A DNA stretch of 60,396 bases, filler included, from Basidiobolus ranarum (GCA_040143965.1; 4 parts of 4 records of this genome joined end to end with filler, not necessarily neighbours in it), one strand, 5' to 3'. Positions 12,001 through 23,999 are shown, numbered from the whole stretch's first letter. Made by a program: numbers and translations. The notes: generated by a model not told the origin, from the sequence alone.

Positions 12001-13454
12001 CATCTTAGTTTTTAGTAACAGATGATGAGACTTCTTATCTTGAAAATTTGCTACCTTTCTCTGATTCTGAATCCAAAACAGAATCATTGAAAATGAGCCT
12101 CAACATTGGTCACAACTCGTGCATGATCAAGATGATAACTGGAACGAATCTGGTACAGCTATTACCTCTGATACGATCAAATTTCAGATGTAGACATCAT
12201 AGAAGAACCGAACCACTACTGGAGCATCTTCGCTAAAAGAACCTTTTTCACCATTTAAATGAAGGTCTTAAACTCAGTGCTTATGCGAGTCAACTTCCCG
12301 CCAGCTATGGGTATTGGTAACTCCTTCGAAACCTCTTCTAAATGCCTTGTCTCAAATCAACTACGTCGAAAGAGCTCATCCCCTTATATGTGAATAGAAA
12401 GTCTATTTGTGTACGGTGTAGACCAGGACGATCTCCAACCGAACAATACGCATTGTCAAAAGTCAAACATACCTGCATCGAGACCTCACAGGGCAATATC
12501 ACTGGCCCAGTCAATAGCAAGCGAGCTTAATAAACCCAAGTTCCTTATTCGCGTATTAATAGAACTTCTCAGCATCATGCTCCTCAAGGCCAAACAAACG
12601 TCTTCTCTCCAGCTATTATTAAATGATAAAGCCTTATTTGGATGAGTACTGTAGCAATTATAAATCAAACAGCTAGTCAACTCTAGTAATGTAAAATCCA
12701 AACACCAAACTAGCCGTAAGTACTCTTAAACATGATTCGCATTTGGTAGATATAATGAAGCCTACATGTTTCATGTCATAGATGTTGTCAACACATCTCT
12801 TCCTCAAGCTGAGAATCTTATGAAGGAACTAATTCAGGAACCATCTTTGCTTCTCCCTATCCTGAAGATGCTCCAGAAGCCAAAATGAGTGGATAATGCG
12901 CTCGATAAATAAGATCAAGATAATAAAGCTATATACTAGTTTGCTTAAGAATCTACTAATTCATGAACTGTACCCATCACGTTACTAAGACTATGCGAGT
13001 GATACAGTTAATCATGTTTTAGAATCCGCACTACAACCATTGAATACCGGCTCCTCATATAATGCAGTCAAATGTGTAAGACAACTGAGCATGTAGCTCG
13101 ATTGCACGTCCCAAATATCCTGAAGAACCCGTAGTTTGAGGGATGTTTATTACAAAAGAACAGTAGTTAGTTGTAGCTGACAGAATAATCTGATTGGTTT
13201 CTCCAAGCCAAAATACCAAATCACACCATAACTGCGTCCAGTAGATTGCGCAATGAATTCAAACCTCCGAGATAAAAGGCTGCTTTGTTGAGAACAGGAT
13301 ATGCATACAGATTTTGGTGCCATTGTTCGTGGACAATATGCGACTCACTAGACAGATACCAACCCTTCTTGGTGACAATTGCCCAGCAGGTCACATGCCT
13401 ACATGTTGTACAATGTAACCAGAGATGTCATCATCATCAGTATTTTATATAGTC

Positions 13455-13479
13455 ATATATATAATATATATATATATAT
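13455..13479. repeat. (TA)n microsatellite
   Basis: atatatataatatatatatatatat. Confidence 0.7.
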
Positions 13480-14445
13480 GACTCTGGGATATCTTTCTTG
13501 CTGGGTTCATCTGCTTTACCTCGTCAACAAGATCGATATTCTCACAGCTTTACATTGCACTAGAATGACACTAGGAGTGTTCTCTAGCGATACCACCATT
13601 GTTCTAGCTTTTATTGCTTTTCCTCTTCGTCGTCATATTGGTGTTGTAGCCACGATTTGCCCTTCCCGCAATTTTCACCAGTAGTATGATCCTTCCTAAT
13701 TCAGCTTTACTTGTGACTACTCTAGTTACCATCGGCTTTATTTAGGCACATGGCTTCTTCAGCTCCAATGGTTCATTGATCTCACCTGCGGTCGTTAAGC
13801 TCGTTTTACCCAGGCGAAGATGTAGATGAGAATATGCATTCTATATAATCGAATGAGTACTTTAATACTATTCAATCAATCTGACCTAATGACTATCAAA
13901 TGAGGAATACTGACTCACTGGTTAAATGACAATCAGTAACATTTACACAACATCTGACTCTTCCTTATCAATTGGTGTGGAGCCTAATTCTTTAGAGTAT
14001 AGTATGGAGATCGGCATGTAATTTTTGGTGTCACACCAGGCATTGTTCACATTGGTTTCTGCATGTGAAGTCTTATCTATCCATCTATCGATTCCCATAA
14101 TTTTGTTTGTGGAATACGTGTGTTTGCTATGTTTCGTTTCCACGAATCGCCTATAGTGTGACTTGTATATCATTGTATACCATGTTACAATCGATGACTA
14201 AAGTGTATACTATATGAGATTGGTTTTAAAGTTGCACAGTGGTATGCGACTTGTGCGCATCCCATGGATAGATTTGATTGAGCCTCTTGTCTATTTATCG
14301 ACCATCAAGGTTGTGTTTCACTCTTGTGCGATTGCTTCATACCTTTCCTCTTTCCCTTTGCCTGAGGTTTTCTTCGAGTTAGAAAGATCTGCTTTCATCT
14401 GAAAAAGACACACACATAGTTTCATATTTACTTGTTTGATTCGCA

Positions 14446-15059
14446 ATGTCCACTCTCCGCCATATCACTTTTCTTTCTTCAAGGCATTCTCGGAAAGCTG
14501 TAACTTCTTCTATTTTTTTATTGAGTTCGAAACATGCCAGACTAACACACTTTTTGATAGTACTGTTTTATAGTGACTGCAGCACGATCTTATAATACTG
14601 CCACAAATCAAGCACATTTCTACAACAACCGTGTTCTTGATAAGTACCTCCTACAACCTACTCGGAAACTTACCTTGCGTCAATTGGTATTCTACGGTCG
14701 TCATTTAACGGAAGAGCGCGTCATTAATAGTGGTAACTATGTTAGGACGGAATTACCTGTAAGATTAGCTCATAGAATTAGAGATATGCAAAACCTCCCG
14801 TTTATCACAGCAACGAATCCTCACTTAGAAACCGTGTACAATCTTTATTGGCATGCATTTGATAATTTCCGTAACGTACCTGAAATCAAAAGTATGGAAG
14901 ATAATCGTCAATTTTGTGAGCTTCTAAAATCTCTATTGGAGGAACATCTATCTGTAATTCCCAAGTTGGCCATGTTTTGTTCAGAAAGTTCTCAATACCT
15001 GGCACAGATACAGTTGGTCCAATTTATGAATGAAATTCTTCGCTCTCGTATTTCTCGCC
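14446..15059 (+). CDS. Mitochondrial alpha-ketoacid dehydrogenase kinase (PDK/BCKDK, Pkp2-like), 5' part, truncated by contig end
   Basis: Exon 1 (14446-14499) is a basic presequence-like MSTLRHITFLSSRHSRKA. Intron to 14560 with an ACTAAC branch. Then LTLRQLVFYG...NYVRTELPVRLAHRIRDMQNLPF...LRSRISR. Confidence 0.85.
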
Positions 15060-15159
15060 NNNNNNNNNNNNNNNNNNNNNNNNNNNNNNNNNNNNNNNNN
15101 NNNTTAATTAATTAANNNNNNNNNNNNNNNNNNNNNNNNNNNNNNNNNNNNNNNNNNNN
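15060..15159. other. Artificial contig linker (N-run with TTAATTAATTAA)
   Basis: 100-nt N44-TTAATTAATTAA-N44 spacer; a gene is truncated at its edge. Confidence 0.98.
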
Positions 15160-15481
15160 CTATATAGTCATATATAGCTTTGTACTTAGTTATCTTATAA
15201 TTCACTAAGATATTATCAGTTATTCTCAATTGGAATATAGTTGGAATATTTTTACCAACTTAGAAGTTCTCAGATATATAGATTTTTCAAACTTGTGCCA
15301 GAAGCCCCAAACATTGCACACATGTTCTTGGGACCTTCCTTAGCACATCCTACAAGTTATTTTGCCTAAACTTTGACAAAACTATCAACATCAACTTTTA
15401 ACTCAATAAATCAATAAGAGAAAATCACCAATTCCTCTAATTCTCCAAACCATTTCCATCAGGCTCCCAAATACTTTAACA
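15160..15481 (+). mobile_element. Ty1/copia-family LTR copy (5'-truncated by contig start)
   Basis: Aligns by eye along its length with 43259-43580 and 15545-15863; ends ...TTTAACA. Confidence 0.85.
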
Positions 15482-15529
15482 AAAACACAATCATAAGTTG
15501 CCTCTAGTATTCAAAGGCTACCCCCATTA

Positions 15530-15863
15530 TGTTAAGATCCTCCAACAGTCATATATAACTTAGTATTTAGATATGGTATATCTCACTAAGATATTACCCA
15601 TTATTCCCAATTGGGATTTAATTGCAATATGTTCACCAACTTAGAAGTTCTGAGGTATATGGATTACTTGAAACTTGTGCAAGAAGCCCCAAACTTTGGA
15701 CTTATGTTCCTGGGCCCTTACTCAACACATACCTCATGTCAGTTTGCTTGTATCTTGACAAAACTATAAATGTCAACTTTCCACTCAATGCAGCTATAAA
15801 TGAAAGCCACCAATTTCTCAATTTTTCCAAGCCACTTCCAACAGGCTCCCAGATACTTCAACA
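15530..15863 (+). mobile_element. Second LTR copy (solo-LTR-like, TG...CA)
   Basis: Begins TGTTAAG, ends CTTCAACA, same family as the neighbours. No matching target-site duplication seen. Confidence 0.8.
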
Positions 15864-15909
15864 CACAAATCTTTAAGCAAAAGCTACCAATTCCAGTAGG
15901 TTCCCAAAA

Positions 15910-16393
15910 TACTATAACATTTAGCAGCTTGGCTCTTTAACATTAAATTTGCAATGGATCCTTGACATTCAGACATATTGTATTTAAACCTCTTTGTTCT
16001 TGCATCACCTGGAGCTAAACTATAGCATCAGATGGCTTTGCCTTATTTTTCTCTCCTACAACAGCATCTATCCCAGAGTCCTTTTTTCTTATTGCATTAT
16101 TTTCATTTTAATATTTCAAACTTGACAATTGTTTCCATTAAATTTTCCATAGGAGGGAAAATGCAGCAGAAATTTGTGAAGTAAACAATACAGAGAGTGC
16201 AAGCTCAGGGCTCATAACCTGATAAAGTATCTTGGTAGGTTATTGGAAGTAGTTTGGAGAACTAGAAGAATTAATGGACTTCACCTATTGATAGAGTGAG
16301 TTGAAAGTTGAAATTGATTGTTTTGTCAACATGTTAGTAAACAAATGTAATGAGTGTGTTAAACAAGGTCCTAGGAATTTGTGTTCAAGGTTT
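15910..16393 (-). mobile_element. Inverted copia fragment: LTR 3' half (16220-16393), PBS (16206-16219), decayed gag 5' end
   Basis: Minus strand reads ...TACTTTATCA|GGTTATGAGCCCTG, followed by sequence homologous to 43600-43870. Confidence 0.8.
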
Positions 16394-16394
16394 A

Positions 16395-16740
16395 ATTTTA
16401 TGTTCCAGAGTCAAAACTGACAAGAAGGTTTGGAAAGCCTTGGAAGATGCCTACCAAATAAGTTCTGCTTCTAACAAGTTGCTTCCAAGTATACAGTTCT
16501 TTAGCTTAAAACTGAAGCCAGGAAAAGACAAAAAATCAATAATAAAAGGGTTACTATTTTTGTGGATGATATGGAATGCATTGGAGTACCTACTACTGAT
16601 CTGGATATCCTAGTCACAGTTCTGAATAGCCTGCTAGATGAGCTCAGAGCCTAGTAGTGGCTCAAGAATCCAGAACTGATAATTTGACCTTGAATTATGT
16701 ATATAGCAGACTCTTGAATGAAGATGTACGCAAATTAGGA
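16395..16740 (+). mobile_element. Decayed copia gag (UBN2-like) fragment
   Basis: CSRVKTDKKVWKALEDAYQISSASNKL and VTVLNSL; homologous to 43850-44180. Confidence 0.7.
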
Positions 16741-17152
16741 TTAGTTTAGGCTATGCTGGCAGCTCAAAACTTGTGGTTAAGGTTGCAATTGTAGAAATCA
16801 GTTGGTATGCCTCTAGCAACCTCTCCATCTTTCAAATGTGGATTTCATTTCAATATGACTCTTTTATGAGTAGTGTGGTAATCATTCATTTGGTGGAATT
16901 TTTTTACTCGGTTTATTTGATTAGTGGATTTCCTTGACTTCACGGTGGTGTACAATATAACTAGTAACCATGGTTAAGATGAAGCTAACTTGTTTAATAA
17001 ATATCTTGAATTATTAATTGTTGAATAACGACATAGTTAGGGATGGAGAAGAGATAATTCTTTTAATGAATATTTACACGTAGGGTCGGCATGCCAACAT
17101 TAGGGTTATTTGAAAATTTACAACTGGTGAATTATAGGTAAGATTTTATGAA

Positions 17153-17332
17153 TTATTTTGTATATTGATTGTTTTGTTGGTCAACCATTGATTGTAGTAA
17201 GATATAACGGTAGCGAATGGCTAATGCTCGATGGTATTCAACTCGAAGTTCCTTAGCAGTGGTTTGGTAATACGGAGATGGATCGGTGGTGGCGCTCATA
17301 GTAGATAGGGCAGGTTTTTCACAAAGAGTCAT
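17153..17332 (-). CDS. YH-YRY microprotein A (59 aa; 48 aa if started at ATG 17299)
   Basis: ...TTAKELRVEYHRALAIRYRYILLQSMVDQQNNQYTK*. TATA-like element at about 17386-17395. Motif shared with three other small ORFs. Confidence 0.75.
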   Translation of the reverse strand: MTLCEKPALSTMSATTDPSPYYQTTAKELRVEYHRALAIRYRYILLQSMVDQQNNQYTK

Positions 17333-18492
17333 TGGTAACGTCAGGCAAATTGAATGATAAAGATGGAGCTTTGTGGAAACCACTAAATATATATTGTTCT
17401 GGCTGTTAGATCCTGATATGTTGATGGCGCAGGGACCTCTTACGTTAGACCAAAACAATCATCATGACATCATTTTGAAATGAACCATCACATTACATCA
17501 TAGCGCATTGGTCTGCTTACTAACCATTTATGGGGAGCTGCATTGGCCAACTAACAAGTCCAGATTCAGTATCAGGTCAACTAGGATTCCAATTGAAATG
17601 GATGGGTTCAGCCTAAACCGGGCAATTTCTCCAAATTATTCGATTTTCTTTTATTTCTATTCATTCCGATCTAGCTCAATTGAAAACGGATGACGATTAA
17701 CTTGGTTTAGGGTCAGTTGGTTCGACAATGACAAGGGTTACGATTCTATTGGTGGTTTCAGGAACGGATCTGTGATCGTTACTCATCAACAGTTTCTTTT
17801 TCTTTAATTCTTTCACGAATTCCACCGCTTCATCAATAGAGCCGATCTAAACTTATTTCAAACTCCACACCTTTCTGAATCCATTCGATGAGCCTAATGA
17901 GTGTCTATCTTTACGAATATGAGAGGTAGACAGTATATACATATTTAGCTACGCTTCTACAAAACTTTCTAATCAGCATGCTTTGAGGTACAATTGAATA
18001 AGAGATAGCAAGCATACACTACCATCCTAAGTGTCAAGTCCCCTCACATTCTGACATTGCTTACTTTGTAACGTCATTTCAGTATTCTGAACCATTTGAT
18101 ATATCTTATTTGGGAGAGGATCAGGGGTAGCGAGAGGGATGCGGATTGAAACTGTCTTAATATTACTCGATGTATGATACTTCGATTTATACCTATTAGG
18201 TAAGTGTCTTTTCATGGTCACGATAAGCAAAGTTGCAAATCATGGTTTTAAATGGATAAAAGGATATTCCCTTAGTGGAGGCATTGGTACAGATTGTTTA
18301 AGGGGAGTTTCCGGTCTTTATGGGTGGCGAATCACCTTCTCTTTATTAAAAGAAAGTAATTTCACCTTTCGGAGGTTCAGGTAAAATAAGATGCTTAGAA
18401 GTATATATTAGGTCTTGGCAGGATTGAAACGAAATGGTGTATTCAATGGGAGGGTTGAGCAGGTGGTTCAATTATTAGGATTAGTTTGTGGC

Positions 18493-19558
18493 TTATATGG
18501 ACTCCTGTACATTGGGAATATCAAGTCCTTTTAACCCAGTCACCGCCGAACTCCATGAGTCAAACTGTTGTATAGGGGTGATATTGCTCCATCCATGTTT
18601 CCAAATTATCACATACACTTCAGACAAACTTGTAGTGAATCCCCACACTAAACTCAGCCAGAATGAAACAGATGCGCTCATAAATGTGTGGACAGCCATG
18701 AGAGGAAAGTTGTAAAAGGTAGGGTTGGATAGTTGGATGACACGACTGACCACCCCCGGCCCCCAGCAAATAAAGAAAGTAATCACATAAAGTACATAAC
18801 GGCCTACCATCTTTTCGTATGGGTGGTGTATCTTTCTTTCCGCATATGCAGCAGTATTTCGAATTCTGCACAAATGCAGTAAAATCAGACTCAGAAAGCA
18901 TAGGCACATAAAAGATGAAAGCAATAGCCAGCCATAAAAGATTCCCATTCGAAGACCGTCAGACAGAATCCAACACCTGTATAGCGCTTATTTAGCAAAT
19001 TCCTCAAAGTGGATGTTTGTCGTGCTGCACTTACCATGGGCCGACGTTGCCAATGTAATTCAATTGAGCAACCAGCGGAATCATCAAAACCATTGGAATC
19101 CCAAAAGAGAAGAGCATAAATTTGCAAGTGATATTGCGGCGCAGGAACAACAAGCTCTCTGGTGGAAGCAGTATTAGATAGCTAGGTACCAATTGGTTAG
19201 AATCCAAGGCCAGAGTCATTATATGATAAATGGCTTACACATTAAGGCAAATACAAGCACCCCAAAGCGAGTTGACCAAGTTGAAAAAAGTCATGTGCAA
19301 GCCTTGAAAAATACATATCACTTTGATTTCTTTCCAATTCAGTAAGGAATAGGTCAACCCGCCAGAGCTTAGAATAGCATTGTTGATGGAAAGTAATAAT
19401 AATGAGGTGTGGTGGACTTTAATCGAGTCAGAGGCGTTGATAAGAAAGCGTCGATATATCAAGTAATAATTGACTATCACAAACATACACCCAAAAAGCG
19501 ATAAAGCGTTCGATATCCTGTTCAGGTTATCAAGAACTTCGCTATTAGTTAACGCCAT
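18493..19558 (-). CDS. 7TM G-protein-coupled receptor, cAMP-receptor-like (Dicty CAR/Crl, Git3-like); exons 19558-19239, 19181-19035, 18976-18493 (316 aa)
   Basis: Two short GT-AG introns (57 and 58 nt) join the split ORFs in frame. LSLFGC in TM1, CIFQG in TM3, GPWCWI in ECL2, YVITFFICWGP in TM6; seven hydrophobic segments. Confidence 0.85.
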
Positions 19559-20947
19559 TGTATCATGTATTGTTAGTGCTTCACAGCTCAATAAGGGTCA
19601 GAGCTATGGACGACGAAGTTAACTAATTTTCTGGTTGAATAATATGGGGATAGAGAGAAGTAATGCGTTGACTGAGACCAAAAGAAAAGTACTTTCCGAG
19701 CAGTCCCACATAATATATAATTGGAATCCCGAGCACTTTGGGGGTTGAATTCAGGTGTATGAGACAAGCGCTATTTAAATTGGAGTTGCACACAGTGAAC
19801 CCCAAGAACTATTTCCTTTTACTGGTTAGTAGCTACTACTGGTTATATATATGCTGCGAACTCTCATCCACTAACTGTTTCAATATTTTAGATATTCTTC
19901 ATTAGCATTTCTTGATTTGGAATTGGCCACGTTTCTATTTTTACAAATCTGTATCCAGACTGAATCCATACAATCAACATTCAATTGTAGTTGACTAACT
20001 GTTAGTGCTATCACAATTTCTAGGCCAGTGATTGGTGGGAATACAGAGTATGTCGCAAACTACCGAAGGTTGCACCAAGTTGTTTTTTGGGGAGAGACAC
20101 TCATTTTGGAATGATAGAAGCTTACGTGATTACCTTATTACCTTCGAAAAAGGGTTAGGGTTCAAGAAATCCCATGCAATACGAACTTGGTATTGTTCTG
20201 ATTTTCCAAGAACCATTGATTAGTCATCATCGATAGATGTGGTAAAACCATGATTTGTGATGCTTCTTGTTGTATCCGCAACTTCAAAGACGCCAAGGAT
20301 GTACTCTACATACAGCAAGAATCGTTTATAAGCGTGATACTTATAATTCATTTGGAGTGTGGCAAATGCAGCTCCAGCATTCGTGATAATGTGGTAATCT
20401 CTCTACAATCAATCGTTGCGCAGTTCCGCCTAAAACGGCGACTCTAGGCCAAACTTTAATGAGCTGGTAGGTTGGTGCTTTTTGACTGCCTGAAACCATG
20501 CTTATTATGATGCATCCGTTAAATCCTTCATATTTACGAATACTTTATCATACCATTGACTTCTCACCACTATCTGAAGCGTCTATCACGTGCTCAAAGA
20601 TTTGACATCTGTTAACAAAAATCCAAGAACTATTGTTCCTTCGACCTCTGATTGGCTACTACCTGCTTGATGTTACAGCAGCTCTCAACTATGGATTTTC
20701 ACGAGTCAACAATACAACTATGGCTGCCGGACCAAACTCTCGATCATTTGTATGGCCTTAGCAAGAAACGAGTCATGGAATCAAGTCAAGCCATCAAATG
20801 TCTACTAAAGGACTGTTGCCCAAATGGAGTTGCTATATCATTAAGAAGCGGTGCTTGCAATCTTACATATAAATATACCTCAGTCACAAACATAAATCCT
20901 GAAAACTACAATAACTTCTCGATATCTTGGAAGTGTCTTTAACTACA

Positions 20948-21730
20948 ATGAGGTTTCAATTTGCAACCCTGGTGGCTCTTTTAGTTTTTTATTCTCAAAG
21001 CGTCCTTGCTCAAGTTCCAACAATCACTTTCTCTGACGATACTGCTATTTTCACTCCAACTGCGACTGTGACTTCTTCAGAGACAGATCCCACGCCGATA
21101 GCGACTATAACCAAAACTAGTTCAGTAATCTCTACGGAAACTATTGCTTCACCATCAGCTACCGATACCCTTACAGTTACGGAGACGTTAGTGTCCACTG
21201 AACCTATTACATCTACTGGAGCTGCTACCAACACCGGAGCCGTTACTCCTACAAAGTCTGTTACACCCATCGCTTCCGAGACTGTTACCTCTACCAGTAC
21301 AGTAGTTCCTACGGAGATAGTTACCTCTACTACCCCCGAGACTGCTATATCTACTGGCACAGTGGCTCCTACCGAGACTGTTACTGCTACCCGTATAGAA
21401 ACCCCTACTGAAACCGTTACCTCTACTGACACAATAGTTCCCATCGAGACTCCCACTCCTATAGGATCCGTTGCATCCACGACCTCTGAGATTATTACTT
21501 CCACCAGTATAGTAATTCCTACTGAAACTGTTACACCCACTGCCTCTGAGACTATTCCCTCTACTAGAACAGTAAACCCTACCAAAACTAGCACTGATTC
21601 AGTAGTCCCTACCGAAATCACCTGCACCTCCATAACAGTAACGGCTACGGTTACCAAAACCGTTACAGCTAGTGATTGTCCTTCCGTCCCAACCAACACG
21701 GATTGTGTGTCTGGAACTTTTGAATGTTAA
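20948..21730 (+). CDS. Secreted Thr/Ser/Pro-rich mucin-like protein with a C-terminal CBM19-like chitin-binding module interrupted by a stop codon
   Basis: Signal peptide MRFQFATLVALLVFYSQSVLA and degenerate (V/I)PTETVTST repeats. CVSGTFEC* continues in frame as GVNQQEFNWCVYGKWIIASWVDGTVCKPYGTAIICDWPEHIG* to 21859. Confidence 0.8.
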   Translation: MRFQFATLVALLVFYSQSVLAQVPTITFSDDTAIFTPTATVTSSETDPTPIATITKTSSVISTETIASPSATDTLTVTETLVSTEPITSTGAATNTGAVTPTKSVTPIASETVTSTSTVVPTEIVTSTTPETAISTGTVAPTETVTATRIETPTETVTSTDTIVPIETPTPIGSVASTTSEIITSTSIVIPTETVTPTASETIPSTRTVNPTKTSTDSVVPTEITCTSITVTATVTKTVTASDCPSVPTNTDCVSGTFEC

Positions 21731-22588
21731 GGTGTAAACCAACAGGAGTTCAATTGGTGCGTCTATGGTAAGTGGATAATAGCGTCATGGGTTGATGGTA
21801 CCGTATGTAAACCATATGGTACTGCGATCATTTGTGACTGGCCAGAGCATATTGGATAATCAATGAAATGAATGGAATTCCCCCTTGAAATACCATATTC
21901 ATATAACACTTTTCAATCAATTCACAATTCCCCCTTCTCTTTTTCTGACATGAAATCAATCGAATGTTACTTTGATTTCTTATAAATTCTTTTGGGTTTA
22001 ACTTGCAAATATACGATATAGTTCATAATACTCTTACTTTGGTTTATATATACTGCGGTTAGATCATGAAACCCCTCGATTTAGACGGCTGATATGATTG
22101 AGGTGTTCAGAACTCTAGAATTAACCCATTATCATCGTGTTTAATATTCTATATACCATGCTTAAATCAAGAATTTTGAGATAAATATCATCCGAGTTAC
22201 TTGCAATGACACGATATACGCAGATTGGTGTAGGGGGAAGTGACGTTAATTACATATCATCATGGTTAGTTCACACCTTACCGTTTAACCAAGAACTGAG
22301 ATTCCTTTAGGGAATTATTAAAACCATAAATCAAATATATATTTACTGTTAGTCACTTCAATATAGAATAGGCTCTAGGTACAATTCGATGAATTTCAAT
22401 GGATTAGAATATACCCCATTTTTCGAGAATTAATCATGGAAAATTTACAAAATCAATTGGAATTTAGAAATCATTGGATATGAAAGTGAGAATTGGGAAA
22501 ATATATATAGACTTTACAATTAACTGAACAACATATTAGGATTCGAAGAATTGTTTGTACATGTTAGCAAGTGCCAGTTAATCCGATC

Positions 22589-22822
22589 CTAATTGCTTTG
22601 GTCAATGGGGTGGTTTTCCGCACATGAGGTGGTCTGTGCCAAGACGTATAGTAAGCAGTACCGGTATTGAATGGCTAAACCCTGGTGATATTCTTTGATA
22701 GCCAGTTTCATGCTTTTCTCTCTCATACTTGAAGAATTCGGATGTTGAGGATTGAAGTTGGAAGAATTCTTAATTTCGCAAGTAGTAGTGCTCATGGATT
22801 CAGAGGTCATTCTACTACTCAT
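22589..22822 (-). CDS. YH-YRY microprotein B (up to 77 aa; several in-frame ATGs)
   Basis: ...MKLAIKEYHQGLAIQYRYCLLYVLAQTTSCAENHPIDQSN*. TATAAATA at about 22891-22898 on the minus strand. Confidence 0.75.
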   Translation of the reverse strand: MSSRMTSESMSTTTCEIKNSSNFNPQHPNSSSMREKSMKLAIKEYHQGLAIQYRYCLLYVLAQTTSCAENHPIDQSN

Positions 22823-22984
22823 CAGCTGCTTTGGTGTTAGACAGATGGTGGGGATTGAGTTCGAAAAAAAAAGAACAACCGACAGTTTATTATTTATACG
22901 TTCCAGGCAAACTTGGTGTAATTCAAACGAGTTTATAGCCATGGAAAAATATCGACCCCAACTTCCTTTAACCTTAAGAACTTC

Positions 22985-23315
22985 ATGACCTCATCGTGCA
23001 TCCTTCATTAGTCAAATGATAGGAGTTTCAATGACCGAATCCTGATTTCTCAGCAAATTGAACTAACCGGATATGTACATTCCTAGGAAATGGGTCTAGA
23101 TCTTTCAATCGAAACTGCCAATAATAGTTAGATTCTCCCACTAGTGATGTCATGATTGTGGAGATATAGGGAATTTTTGGTGCAAAACCTAAATTTAGGT
23201 TAGTCTGGAGTTGTTTCACCCAGTAACTCACGGGAGATACCAAGAGCAAAAGTTGATCAAGCCACACAAAACAAGCTGTGGTCAGTATGATGTCATAGAG
23301 AAGTTGTGTATAAAA
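22985..23315. promoter_or_regulatory. Divergent promoter between microproteins B and C with CRE/ATF-like sites
   Basis: ATGACCTCAT 22985-22994, GTGATGTCAT 23144-23153, ATGATGTCAT 23287-23296; TATA boxes on both sides. Confidence 0.5.
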
Positions 23316-23372
23316 CCAAGTGGATGATTCAACATGGAATTATTCAAGATTACTGACACTACTATTAAAACC

Positions 23373-23498
23373 ATGGCTTCGTTTAACTCATCGGATGATC
23401 TCCATAGCACCGACGCCTATCTCTACCATCAGGAGCTGGCTTTACACTACCGGTACATTATTCTCCGCCTTATGCTTCAACAAGTCCAGGAGTCTTAG
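23373..23498 (+). CDS. YH-YRY microprotein C (41 aa), not in the ORF track
   Basis: MASFNSSDDLHSTDAYLYHQELALHYRYIILRLMLQQVQES*. Strong context ACCATGG. TATAAAA at 23309-23315. Confidence 0.78.
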   Translation: MASFNSSDDLHSTDAYLYHQELALHYRYIILRLMLQQVQES

Positions 23499-23999
23499 AA
23501 GACACATATAATTACATCTAATAACCTAGCCGAGACATTCCGCTGCACTGTCAAATACTCCTGTAATATAATACTATAAATACCTTTGCAATACGGGTAG
23601 ATTGCAGAATAATAACATATAAATTTCATTTAACATTATGCTACCTTAAAACTGTTCCATTATAAAGTGACTTGCGATATGAACGCTAAATTGAAATACA
23701 CAATTTCTACAATTCTATGATTGATATGACAAGGCTATGACCACTTTTCATTACCATTTGAAAGCATTTCCTGCGATCCTTATGAGCATCGGCCGATCGA
23801 ACCATTTTCATCGGGAGCGTCAACGAATTTGGATGCAAATAAGGAACATAATATCCCTCGATTAAGGATTTGATCATCATACGATATGAGTAGGATTTCT
23901 TATAAAAGCGACACGTTCAATAATGGCAAGTTTACTTACTCATTCTCATTCTCCCTATCACTCACAGAATTCCAACCGATTGATTATATTGTTTTTCAC

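Noticed and set aside
11690-12890. Exon-like + strand fragments (MLREDPQTLVFMPELEK...)
   Set aside because: Interrupted by stops and frameshifts; no identifiable family.
18891-19591. GPCR as a frameshifted pseudogene
   Set aside because: Canonical GT-AG introns join the pieces in frame.
21010-21699. 229-aa Val-rich minus-strand ORF
   Set aside because: Antisense shadow of the Thr-rich repeats of the mucin-like gene.
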